Assembly (NCBI GenBank): GCA_965112735.1
Contig: OZ218961.1
Span: 434,001 to 498,000 of the forward strand
DNA: 64,000 bases
Reading direction: 5' to 3'
Origin: Phaeosaccion multiseriatum
Lineage: Eukaryota; Protista; Ochrophyta, other classes
The position numbers and the translations under genes were made by a program. Positions 13,250 to 25,500 of this stretch are shown here, in pieces. The stretch's first letter is position 1; each line of letters opens with the position of its first letter. Under the pieces are notes generated by a model. That model saw nothing but the letters and a program-made list of their open reading frames with translations, did no database searches and had not been told where the DNA came from.

Positions 13250-13539
13250 GGAGAAGGGAGGAAGGAAATTGAGGTCATCAAAGCCATCTGTGACCCTTTC
13301 TGGAGGAGGAAGACGTGCACCAGGCCACACACACACACACACACACACACAAACAAACACACACACGCACACACACGCTTTCTTTCGTAGTAATTCGGAG
13401 CGTATGTGTTGTGCAAGGACGATTCGATCACGCATTTGATGAGTACGTTCCCAGGCAACACCAGGCAACACAAGTGTCACAACAATTGGGCTACTGAATA
13501 AATCGCGCTGCTATCGTACATCCTTCGCCGGCAGCTTCC

Positions 13540-14050
13540 TCTCAGTCCTGATAGTTGCAGGGGTGGTCATTGGCGTGCATCCACATCCGCTGCTTAAAAC
13601 TCCGCAAAGGTGTTGGCATCAACAGCGTATCCCTCTCTCCATGTAAGGTACCTTTAATACACTCTCTCGCTTATGATGATATATGGGCACGACTCTTCGT
13701 CCCACTCGCACTGCACTTCCTCCGATCGGAGCCACTTCAGCACAGCCAGGCTCTTGCCGTGTGCGACTGAAGTGGAACACACCTCCTCCTCCCAATAACA
13801 GAGGTGGCGAGCCCAGACCGCAGTTGACGGCCCTCGACTTACTCAATCTCAGTCAGGCACTTGTCGCTGCCCAGGCCTTCAAAAGGCACGTGCCTTGACT
13901 AAAGCCCCTGACCAGCCGCAGAGCGCAAGGTGTCTCGTGCACATGCCACAGAGACGATGGTGAGGGCACGTCCCTCTCCTGCAATGCTGTTGGACCGGGT
14001 GTCATGACCCCTCTAAAGCTCCTCGAAGCGAGCCAGCCAGCGTCTCCTGA
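13540..14050 (-). pseudogene. Decayed ankyrin-repeat-type gene, copy B
   Basis: Fragments GKSLAVLKWLRSEEVQCEWDE and WMHANDHPCNYQD, with frameshifts and stops. Clearly similar at nucleotide level to 14220-14450. Confidence 0.6.
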
Positions 14051-14196
14051 CCAGCGCTCACTGGCAGTGGTTCCACAACATACAGTGAGGCCAAAAGCAC
14101 GGTCGCACTCGGCACCATCTATCCCCCCCCCCTCTCTCTCGCACACACATACACACACATGCACAGAGGGGGAGAGAGAGAGCGAGAGCGAGAGCT

Positions 14197-15100
14197 GAGT
14201 ATCTCCAAGTCCTGGCAGTCGCAGGGGTGTCCATTGGCGTGCACCCACTGCTTCATCTCCTCAAAGGTTTTGGCGTCGACGTCCCATTCCTCGTCTTGTA
14301 GTTCCTCATCCATGATGACTTGTGGGCACGACCTTCCATTCCAACCACACTGGCACTTCTTCCGATCTGAGCCACTTGAACACAGCAAGGCTCTTACCCC
14401 GCTCCACTGCATACATACAAGCCGGAGAGTCCCAATCACAAAGGTGGCGAGCATTGGCGTGAAGGAACTTCAGTACCTCGAGACAGTCACCACCAGCCTG
14501 TGCCACATGCCAGCTTCCTGCTCTCCCAGGACAGCTCTCGTGGGACGATGCTCGAGAAGCCATTTCACGACGGGGACATACCGGCCCTCACATGCACTGG
14601 TCCAACAGTCGACTTCAAATTGGATGAGAAGAATCTCTCAAGAAATATGGCACTCATGCTCTCGTACCATGGGCATTTCTCCTTGTCGGGAAGGTCCTCC
14701 GAGCGCAGCCACTGGAGCACTCTCACGCTATGCCTGTCGTTGAGCACTGCTGTAGAGCACGCCTATTAATTCCAAGGACAGCCCTTGCCATGGAGGGCCT
14801 TGCACAACTCGACATCTCCGTGCCAGCCCGCGGCGGCCGTGAAGAGTACCCAACTGAGTTGGAGCCCCTGCCGACTTGTCGCCCAGTTCACGCACTCCAC
14901 AGAGCTGACCACATGCGGCAAGGCAGTCTTGACTGCCCGGGTACAGAGGGTATAGCTGGCCTTGCCTTGCACCGCCTACTCACACCAGCCACGAGCAGTA
15001 CGGCCCCTTCTCGGAAGAGGATGTGGAGGAGCTCGAGGTTGGTCAAGGTCTCACAGGCTTCAATCCTGCGCGTGAAGCCGAATTGCCTGCTGCTGTTGCC
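14197..15100 (-). pseudogene. Decayed intronless ankyrin-repeat ('GCPW'-type) gene, copy A
   Basis: Fragments LLVAGVSRR, AAAGWHGDVELCKALHGKGCPWN, VLQWLRSE..CPW, LEVLKFLHANA..CDWD and MKQWVHANGHPCDC lie in different frames. In-frame TAA TAG near 14763-14768. Confidence 0.7.
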
Positions 15101-15833
15101 GCTGATACTGGAGAGTTCACCCGCTTTGTACGGTAAGCCTAGCCTGGTTACATCTCTCGATCTCTGAGAGGAGGAAGATATTGATATTCACTTCTCTCTC
15201 GTATTTTGGATAAGGTTACGTAAGCAAGCCTTACCCACGAGAGAGTGAAGGCTTGTTTGAATTAAGAGAGCAGACAATAGAGGAGAGACTTGTTTGTAGA
15301 GGGAGAGTCCACAAGAGTAAAGGGCACTCGTTTTTGGCTACAGGCGCAGGCTTGCGGCCGGGTTGTTTGCTTGCCCTCCTCCATGAAAGGGTTTTTTTTT
15401 TCCCTTTGGAGACAAACCGTGTGTCTATGTATTGCAATCACACTCGCTGCTGAGGTGATCCCTCTGTGATCCCGGCCTCTTTCTTCCCTTCTGTGGGCCT
15501 GTAGTGGCAGCGTGGCGCCCTGTTCGTTGTTTGGGGGAAGTTCTTGAGAGCAACGGGCCGTGCCTCACCGCCTTTTCCTCCGACACGGGGGCACGGGGGC
15601 ACGCCTCGGAACGAGGGAGGGTGGGGAGTACCGCGCCGTCTCGGCGAAGGAAACACACCCGCAGGAGGCTGGGTGCTATATCCATGTCCGCCGTAGCAGC
15701 AGCGGCTTCCCTCGCTGTGGAGAGAGGCTTTTTGGAGTTTGGCGCTTTGGTCGTTGCTGAGGCTTGGTAAAAGGGAGGCGAAGACGGGGGCGGCCGCCTG
15801 CTAGCAGCTGCAGCAGCTGCTGCTGCTATCACT

Positions 15834-17169
15834 ATGATACGGCAAGTGCCAGGGAACAAGCGGAAGGGGGGGCACCGCCGGTCCAGGTCCGACCCTGCGC
15901 CTTGTGTGCCGCTCATGTCCCCGTCATGGACAGCCGGAGGCAGCGGCTTGGGCACTGCTGCTGCTGCTGCCGCTGCTGCCGGGGAATCCCCGGTGGGGGG
16001 GCGAGGGGACGGCCCTTTGCATGAGCAGGAGCAGCAGGGAAGCTCCGAGGGAAGTATTTCGAGGGGGCTGAGGTGAGTGGAATTGGTTCGAACATGTCTC
16101 GTCTGTATACAGGCCTTCTTCCCTTTGAGATTCCCCGTAAAGCTGCTTGCTCCATCTGTCTCTCTCTCGCTCTCCCCGTCCCTCTCAATCCTCTCACCCC
16201 CTCACATTCCCTCCATCACTCTCTCTGTCTGTCCATCTACATCTACTCATCTCTCTCTCTCTCCCCCCTCTCCCTCGCTGCGCACATTCCATCTCCGTGT
16301 CCAACTCTACCACAGGCGCTGGAATGACCAACACACAAGCCCAAACGGCAGCAGTGCCGAAGATGGCAGCAGAGGAGCGTCCAACACTCCAGATCGCATC
16401 TATGGTGGCGTGGGAGGGAAGGAGCAGCACGAAAACTCGCTCTCAATGTCAAATTTGCCCTATGACGGAAGCAGTGACAGCGGCGGCAGCAGCAGCAGTG
16501 GTAAGGTACGCAAGGAGCGGAATAGGAGCGTACCCCTCGCCGCTCAGACGCGCCGTTCAGCAGTGGCGGGGACTCAATCACCCGGCAGAGGACAAGGATC
16601 AGTAGCAGCAGCATCAGGAGGAGCACGAGCACGAGCAGGAGGAGGAGGAGGAGGGGGGGGGGGGGCGGCATTCCTCGCGCCACTCCACACCGCCGACTTC
16701 TCTCCCTCGGCTCTGCGGAGACGATGCTTCAGCGTTCCTCCTTCATCTTCAGCCCGGAGGGTGACCACACGGAGGAAGAACCGATAGCGGCAGTGATGGC
16801 GGCGGCAGTGGAGGCAAGGCATGGGTCAGGTGCTGCTGGGGGAGGAGGAGGAGGAGGAGGAGGAGGAGGAGGAGGAGGAGGAGGAGGAGGAGGAGGAGGA
16901 GGAGGAGGAGTGGGGGGGGGGGAGGAACGTGCCCGACCAGGCGAGCGGGATGGTGACGCTCCTGAATGGGCGGTGCCTCTTGCTCCTTCTCACCATCACT
17001 CTGGTGAAGCTACTTCGGACACTGTAGCCGAGACTGGTGCCAGCTCCGAGTCGATGAGACGGCGTGGGCAGCACCACCAGCAGCAGCAGCAGCAGGAGGA
17101 GGAGGAGGAGGAGCACCAGCAGGCGGGCTTCCGAATCGAGGAGAAGCGGGCGGAAGGCTCGCTGGAGAG

Positions 17170-17202
<33 letters not shown>

Positions 17203-20200
17203 GCACCGGGTGGAAATGGAGGATGCGGACGCTGAGCTCGTCACAGATGTCGACAGTATGAATCTCGGGTACTCCGCCCAAAGAAGCATCACGGGGCGTG
17301 AGGGAGAGGGGGGAGTAAGAGAGACATCATCCTCTGTGGTGCAGAGTAAGGTATCGGCGGTGGCGGAAGAGGGAGAGGGGGACGAGGACGGGGAGATGGA
17401 GGAGGAGGGAGAAGACACGTCTTCTATACACGGCAACAAGGCCTCCTCTGAGGCGACGGAACGGATGGGAGGGATGGCAGTGGATGGAGGTGGCAGCAGT
17501 AGTAGCAGAGGCGACGCGCACGGACAAGAGCCGAGCGAGACGGGGGTGGAGGACGTAGAGACGAGATTGGGATCTTTCTGCCTGCCCGACCACAGTGAGT
17601 ACGAGGCCTTTGACGAGGAGGAGGAGGAGGAGGAGCAAGAAGAGAAGAAGATGGAGCTGGAGATGCATCAGCCATCTGTGTCTCCTGCGACTGTATCGCC
17701 AACTGCTGGTGGTGGTGGTGGAGTGGGGGTTGAGGAGAGTTATCGTCGTGGAAGTCCGCGCCTCACCAGGTATAGAGAGGACTCAGTGTTCGAGGAAGGT
17801 TGGGCAGATCTGGACATGCAGCTGCAAAGGAAGGCAGTGGATGACAGCTCTCTCCTCTTCCGGGACGGTATGGGGGGGGCACGGTACTGTCTAGAACAGG
17901 GCCAAGGAGAAGGACAGGGGCAGGGGAAGGGACAGGACGCCCGCACACTTCTGCTGCACCGGTACCAGAGCCAAGACCGAAACCTCGGCAGTCTCGCTCC
18001 TCCCAATGAAGGGCACAGCAGAGGAGGAGGAGCAGAAGGAGAGGGAGACGGAGGAGGGGGAGAAGGTGGTGGTGGTGGTGGAGGAGGAGGAGGAGGAGGA
18101 AGGAGGAGGCGAAGAACGAGGAGGACAACGGGTACCAACAGCAGGGAGGAGGAGGAGGGGTCCGGAGTAGGGCAGAAGCAGGGGCCCTCGGAGGCCGAGG
18201 AGGAGGAGGAGGAGGAGAAGCTCTTTTCGGCGGTTTCGGTCGCTTCTTCACCGAACGATTCCGGTTCGGATTCCAACTACTCCGGCTCTGGGAAGGGGGG
18301 CAGAGGAGGGAGAAAGGTAGGGGGGTGCCACCCCCCAATTCTGTTGTCCCTGGCAGATGTCACCGCCGTGGGGTTGGAAAAGGTGTGTGACGTGAGTGGT
18401 GAGGGTGCGTGGTGCGTGGGTGTGTGTGAGTGTGTGCGTGCGTGCGTGCGTTTCTCGAGAGGGCTTAGCTTTGCGGCTTCTCCACCACCCCTCTCGTACT
18501 CCACGGCCCCGCGATCAATACTCACTTTTTCCATTTTCCTTGTCACACATGTAACATCACGAAGAGAAGCGGCAAACCTATGCTTGACCTGCCTTTCTCT
18601 TTCCCCCCTCTCCCCCCACCGCCAATTGCCCTTTCTCTGTTCTCCTTCTGCTGCTGTATCACCAACTTCTGCTGCTGCCGGACATGCGCAGCTGTTGCAA
18701 GCGGGGGGAGACACCAAAATGTCCTTTGATCCCGAGCAGCAACGCTGGACAGGGGGAGCTGCTGACCGCGTGGACATGTCGGGATTTGAGCAGGTGAGAT
18801 GAGCAAGTCTCGATGTCGACATTGTGAATGGAGCATCTCGATGTCGACATTGTGAATGGAGCATCTCGATGGCGACATTGTGAATGGAGCATCTCGATGG
18901 CGACATTGTGAATGGAGCATCTCGATGTCGACATTGTGAATGGAGCATCTCGATGTCGAACATTGTGGGGAGTGGGGAGTGGGAATGGGGGTGCCTGGGG
19001 CGGGTGGAAGGGCACTTTATTTATTTATTTGAATTCCCCTCCCTCAAATTGAATGTGAGTGGCATTGATTTTTTTGTCTGTCCCATTCCCCAATGTATGG
19101 ATGCGTGGCACTGATTTTTTTGTCTTTCCCCTCCCTCATGTATATAATGTGTGGCACTGATTTATTTGTCTTTCCCCTCCCTCCATATATATATACGTGT
19201 GTGTGTTTGCCTCCCTCGATCCGAGCAGGGTAACTCTTCGCGTTCAGAGAGCTCTGCGTGCTCTGTGATACGGTGCGACTCTGTCGGTAGCCCAGAGGAG
19301 GGAGGAGGGGCAGAGACAGGGCCTGTGATGGAATTACATGGGTCAGGGGAAGCGGCGACAGTGGGCGGAGGAGGACAAGAAGAAGGAGAAGGAGAAGGAG
19401 GAGACGGGGCAAGAGGAGGGGGGCGAAAAGAGCAGCCACGAGGGCGAGGAATGAGCAAACGGTTCTCAGCTCCGTCCTTGTCAGAGGCGGCCAAGCGCTC
19501 TGTTGACCTCCACATGTCATCTAACGGAGCAGCAGAAGCAGCAGCAGCAGCAGCAGGAGGAGGAGGAGGAGAGGATGCGCCTTCCCTAAGTGAATGGCCG
19601 CAGCAAGACCAACCGCCTCTTCTAAAAAGGCACAGCTCGGAAGCCAACATCAGCAAGTACGGGCCTTTGTCGGGATGCGGGGGCGGACAGAGTGAGACCG
19701 ATTGGAGCGACTCATTGGAGGGCGTGCTCGATATCCACAAGGTGCGATAAGTCATGTTCCCTCCTCCTCCTCCTCCTCCTCCTCCTCCTCCTCCTCCTCC
19801 TCCTCCTCCTGTGCCTCTTATCTGGTCCCATATGCCTCCACTCTCGCTCCGTTTGTCTCTCATCTCGAGAATGCCGCTGCTGCCCTCTCTGTGGGGCGTA
19901 AATGCGCTTTTTATCCTTCTCTTATGCCCCGTATGCCTCTACCCTCCCTCCCTCGCCCACCTACCCTCTTACCTCGTATCCTCCCTCCCTCCCTCCCTCT
20001 CCCTCCCTCCCTCCCTCCCTCCTTCCCTCCCCCTCTCCCTCCCTCCTTCCCTCCCCCTCTCCCTCCCTCCTCCCCTCCCCCTGTCTTCCCCTCTCCCTGC
20101 CTTCCCCTCTCCCTCCCTCCTTCCCTCCCCGTCTCCCTCCCTCCTTCCCCCTCCCCCTGCCTTCCCCCCTCTCCCTGCCTTCCCCCCTCCCTCCCTCCCC

Positions 20201-23200
20201 CTCTCCCTCCCTCCTTCCCCCTCTCCCTGCCTTCCTCCCTCCCTCCCTCCTTCCCTCCCTCCCTCCCTCCCTCCCTCCCTCCTTCCCTCCCTCCCTCCCG
20301 TCCTCCCTCCCTTCCTCCCTCCCTTCCTCCCTCCCTCCCTCCAACAAAGGTGCTGAGTGGTCAATTCGTGGTGGAGGAAGTACTTCTCGAAACAGGCTGT
20401 ACAGAGGCGCTCAAAGCGCACACCCGCAAGAGGAGTGGGGGCAGGGGCTCCGACGGCGGTCAACAGAGGGGCCCCCTGCACATCCGTCTGGAGGACATGC
20501 AAAGCAGCCACAGTCAGCTGCACAAGCTCTCAAGCCTCGCCCCGCGGTCGTTCTCCCCTTCGGTGTGTGTGTGTGTGTGTGCGTGCGTGTGCGTGTGTCA
20601 TAAAGAGGGAAAGAGGTTGCGCATGTATGTGAATGTGTTTACCTCTCTGTGTGTATTGCCTTCGTCCTTCTCCTTCCTTCCTCCTTCCTTGCTTGCGACC
20701 TGCGCTCCTTTCTCACGTCCTTTCCTTTCATTCGCCACCTCCACCCTCCCCCTTCATGCCCGTCCTTCTCTCGTTTCTCGTTTCCCTTCACAGGCTAATA
20801 GAGTGCTACGGCGGATGAGTAGCAGCAGCAGCGGCACCATTACCGCACCCCAAACTGATCAGGGAGGGGCAGCAGGGGCTGCAGCGAAGGGCAGGGAGGC
20901 GCCCCTGACATCAGAAGCATTGGCATCCCACAGCGATCACGCAGCAGCAGGGGCAGCAGTAGCGGGAGGAGAGGGGTTAGGCTTTCCGAGTCGAGAAGGA
21001 GGAGATGCTGCGGCTGCTGCTTCAGTTACGAGGCACAGCCCAGGGGGCGCAGCAGCAGGAGAAGCGCTGTCTGCCCAGGGAGCAGCCCATCTTGGTCCTC
21101 CTCAAGGGACATGTGCAGACAGAAACTTGATATCACCGCAGCTCAGTGGGGACAGTCTATCCGCCGGTAGAGGAGGAGGAGGAGCAGAGCTTGGGTCAGG
21201 GCTTGTCAACTTTGGACCGGGGGTGGGGGCTGCAATAGGGGCCAAGCTCAACACTTCTCTGGGGAGTGGAAGCCTGAGGGGCTTGCGCCGGGCCTCGTCC
21301 ACGCCAAGCAGTCCCAAGGGGGACAGCGCAGCCGCAGAGGGGGTGGTATATGGGGAGGGAGACTCCTCAGGCGGTGGCGTGGCGGGGGGCAGCAAGTCGG
21401 CGTGGTGGTTCAACAAGGAGAGCATGAGGTGGGAGGGCTTCGCAGACCCGGATATGTCGGCTTTTGACGAGACGGACAGTTCCTCCTTGGCCAGCAGCAG
21501 TCATCTGGGCAGCAGCAGGAGGAGGAGTGACGTGGGTGAGGGGGGTGAGGGCGACCAAGGAGGAAGCAGGACGGGGATTGGGAGCTTGAGTGAGGTTGCA
21601 GAGAGCTGCTCAAAAGACTTTGGTGCGGCGGAGAATGGAGGAGGAAGAGGAGGAGGAGAGAAGGAGGGGAGGGCACTGTACAAAGATGAAGGCGGGGTGG
21701 ATGCTTCGGCGGAGAGATTCGTCGGCCAAGACCCATTGGACGATACTAACTTGTGGCATAGAGATTCAGAGGTACCGGAGGACGGCTTCGGACCAGCAGG
21801 AGGAGGAGGAGGAGGAGGTGGTGGTGGTGGTGGTGGTGACGAAGGAGGGAATGAGCTGAATGCATCAGAGAAGGCGTTCTTTGGCGCCCAGAAGAGCCCA
21901 GCAAGGGCGTCTGCATTGTCTGCGGGACTAGGGCAGATGGAGGGGGGGGCGTGGGCACTGTCGACGCTGACGGCCACCAAGAAGGCGTTGGAGCTGACCA
22001 AGCTGAAGAGTCTTGTGGCTCCGCAACCCACTCGAGCAGCAGAAGAATTGAAATCTGCGGGGGAGGTGGAGGAGGGTGCAGGAGGGGCGGTGAAAGGTGA
22101 TCAGCAGCAGTTGGTGGTACAGCAGCATGGCATGAGTCAAGGTCAGCTCGATGAGGAGGGGGGCGAGGGGGACGACGACTGGGGCAGTGATTTTGACGGG
22201 GATTTAGAATGGACGGGCATGCGCGAGGAGAGGACGGAGGGGGGCGAGGGCACAGGGGCGGGTACTGGTACTGGTGCTCCAGAGAGTGGGTCTCTAGACC
22301 TCCTGCACCCCAACCACAGTCAGGAGCAGCTGCAGGAGCACCTGCTGAGTGCACTACCCGGAGGAGGTGGTGAGGAGAATGCAGATGGCGATATCGACGA
22401 CGCTGGATTCGAGTCTACTGCTGGGAATGGAGGCGAAGGAGCGAGCTTGGCAGCTGGCGCTACCTCGGGTATGAGGAGCGGCGGAGGGGGCGTAGGATGG
22501 TTTCCGAGTCGAGGAGGAGGAGGAGGAGGTGGAGGAGGAGGAGGAGGTGGGGGTGTGGGTGGAATCGAAGCTGCACGCTCTCCTTCCAGCACGCACTCGC
22601 CCTTGCTGTCCCCTGCCAAGCAACGGCAGGCAAGATCTCAGGCGAGGGGGCTCAGTCCAGGGGCGGGAAGTGGCCACGGCAACAGCAATAGTAGCGGCAG
22701 CGGCTTGCTGCAGCAGTTGGGTGTACAGCAGGCAGGCCCTGGTACCTCCTGGCGCCAATCCCCCCCTCCTCCGCTCTCATCCACTCGCTCCGCCTCCGCG
22801 CCGGGGGGTGGGCGGCGTTCCTCTCACGGAGGGCATGACTTTCACCTCTCTCCCTCGACGATTCGCTTCTTTCTCAAGTGTGAAGGAGATCACAACGAGG
22901 CGATTCGAACCTTCCTGGGGCCCAGGGACTACCAGCGAATGAGGCGCGAGGGGGCGGCGAGCTTACGAGCCAAGGTGAGAGCGGAATTGGGGCCTCCGCG
23001 GGGCTGGAGTGGGCATGAATGGGTTTGAGCGTGCAGTGGGTCCCATGGGAGAGAGGCCTCTGATCATCCCTGGAGGAATGTTGGCGCCTTTCCCCCGTGA
23101 TTTCACACGCACACACATCAGTCCTCCTTCCACGGCCTACAACACCGCAGAAAAAAAGAGTACTCCTCTCTGAACTCTGCCCTTCCTCGACTTCGTAGTT

Positions 23201-23257
23201 TGACACCAAACCCTACCTACCCCCCCCCCCCCCCCATCCAACTCTCCTCACTCTTTA

Positions 23258-23288
<31 letters not shown>

Positions 23289-24946
23289 TCAAGACTCCTC
23301 TCGCAGGGTCGCACGACTCACCCACGAGACGTCGCGGCAGCGGTGTGGGCCTCACTAGCAGCAGCGACAAGAGGAGTGCTCGGACGAGGGGCGACAGGAG
23401 CAGCAGCATCAACAGCAGCATCAACAGCAGCAAGAGCAGCAGCATGCGCACAGGGCAGCAGCAGCAGCAGCAGCAGCAGCAGCGGCAGCCGCGGCCCTAC
23501 CTTGCCAAGGGGGGAGGCGCCACCGCATTGCATGGGTCAAGGCGACACGGACGAGCCGTTACGCTGGGCTCCGTTGGCGCTACGCATGTGGGGGCTTCTG
23601 CCACTGCTGGGAGGAGCCGAGGGGGTGCCACCGACAGCGGCGCTGCCTCTCGGTCACCAGTCAAGTCTGGACCTGCTACTGCAGCTGTATCACCAACTGG
23701 TGGGGGAGCTGCGAGCCTGGATGGTGGAGACGGGAATGCGCCGCGTAGAGGCACTCTAAAGAGACCCACTTTGGGGGCGACATCGACATTAGTGAAAAGT
23801 AAAGGTCCTTCCTCGGAGAGAGGTGGAGCAGCACCAGCAGACATGGGGCGAAAGAGAGAAGGGTCGAGAAGAGGTAGCAACGGTAGTAGCAGCAGCACCA
23901 AGAGGGGCTTGGGGGAAGGCTTCTCGGCCCTAAGAAAGGGTTCAGGAGCAGCAGCAGCACCACCACCACCACCACCACCACCACCACCACCACCACCACG
24001 AGTATCACCATCACCACCACCAGCAGCAGCAGCAGGAGGAGGAGGAGGAGCATCAGCAGCATCGCCAGCGTCGTCCAAATCAGGAGCAAGGGCGGAATTG
24101 TTATCGTCGTCGAAGAAGGCCATCAAAGATGGCAGCAGACGGAGACCGGGAATGGAGGCCTTTCGCCAAGGAGCGGGGGACACCGGGGGCAGGGTCGGTG
24201 TGGCTGCAGCAGTTGGTGCTTCAGCGGGAGGAGGAGGCGACGCGAGAAGGGGCGGAACAAGGAAGGCCGTTCCGGTGAAAGCCGGCCCCATGACTGGGGC
24301 GATGTCGCGCACCTCATCTCGCTCTGCGGCTGTAACTGCTACTGCCGCTGCTGCTGCTGTATCCCCCCCTCTCGACGAGGATGCGATGAATCGTGACGAG
24401 GGGCGAGGGACGGACCAACCCCAACCGATGGAACATGCCGTCAAGGAAGCAGAGCAAGCGCAGCAGTTGGTGCTACAGCAGGAGCGGGAGCGAGAGGAGG
24501 CCCGACACGCCCGGTTGCTGAGCCGCTTCGCCGAGACGCAGGAGATGGCACTGCAGCAGGCGGCTTTACTTCTCGACATGTGGTCCCAACAGCAAGAGGC
24601 GATACAGCAGGAGGAGGCAGAGGAGGAGGAGGAGGAGGACAAGGAGGGGGAGGGGGGGCGGGAGAAGGACAGACTTGCGGCAGCGGGAGGAGAGAGGGAG
24701 GTGTCGCCAAGTACAAGTAGTGCGAGGGATCGGAAGCGGAGCCTATCGACAACCTCGTCCTCCTCCTCTGCTGCGGCTGCTGCTACTGCTGCTGCGACTG
24801 TTGGTGTGCGGTCGTCGACTTCTGTGCGCACTCACCGACGTGGAGTGAAATCCTCAACAGCAGGAGCAGCAGGAGCAGCAGGAGCAGGAGGAGGCTCGTC
24901 GAGTCGAGGGCTTAGGGGGGGCAGTGGACAGATGAAGTGGAGGTGA
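15834..24946 (+). CDS. Very large low-complexity protein with Byr4/Bfa1-like (SIN/MEN GAP scaffold) motifs
   Basis: Likely exons 15834-16072, 16316-18382 (frame change in poly-G at about 16652-16666), 18692-18793, 19229-19741, 20350-20562, 20794-22974 and 23294-24946. Motifs: MSFDPEQQRWTG..DMSGF, FNKESMRWEG..DMSAFD, DDDWGSDFD, FHLSPSTIRFFLKCEGDH. Both ends are uncertain. Confidence 0.5.
18808..18967. repeat. 28-bp intronic tandem repeat, about 5.6 copies (TCTCGATGTCGACATTGTGAATGGAGCA)
   Basis: Head-to-tail units with no spacers; internal palindrome ATGTCGACAT. Confidence 0.92.
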
Positions 24947-25500
24947 CATGATCAGCCCTCCTTGAGAGGGGGTGTTGTGTCTGTCCTCTGTTTCCTGTTT
25001 CTCACACGCACGCACACGCACACGCACACACACGTCAGTATGTGTTCAATTCGCTTCCGTCACTGCGGCTGCTTGCTTGACTCCCCAAGAGTGTGGGTAG
25101 ACGTTCGGTTGCGCACTTTGGTGCAGCGATGATAAAACAAAACAAAACACACTTGGAGAGATAGCTTGGGTGTTGACGGTAGGTCTCTCTTTCTCGTTCT
25201 CTCTCTCTCTCTCTCTCTCTCTCAAGCCACGCACCGACGAGGTCGATGGGGTCCCACTTGGTCCCCTACCATAGCATCCATAGCACCACATCGGCTTGAC
25301 CTTAGCTTGACCCGTGAGCGCCGGACCAGCGACTGTCAAGAGACCAGGCAAAACCGGAAGTGGGAGAGGAGCCTGCATCTTCACGGCCCCCCGCCCGCCC
25401 GCGATACTCACAGTTGGCGAAGGAACTGGCGAAAGGCTCGTTGATCTCGGTGCTTTCCGTATGAAGAGAAAACCGAAGAAAGAGAACAAGAACAAGTGAC

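Noticed and set aside
14760-14770. In-frame TAA TAG suggesting stop-codon reassignment
   Set aside because: Intact genes here end in TAA, TAG and TGA, and this locus also has frameshifts, so it is a pseudogene.
18808-18967. CRISPR-like 28-bp repeats
   Set aside because: There are no spacers and no cas genes, and the array lies in a spliceosomal intron.
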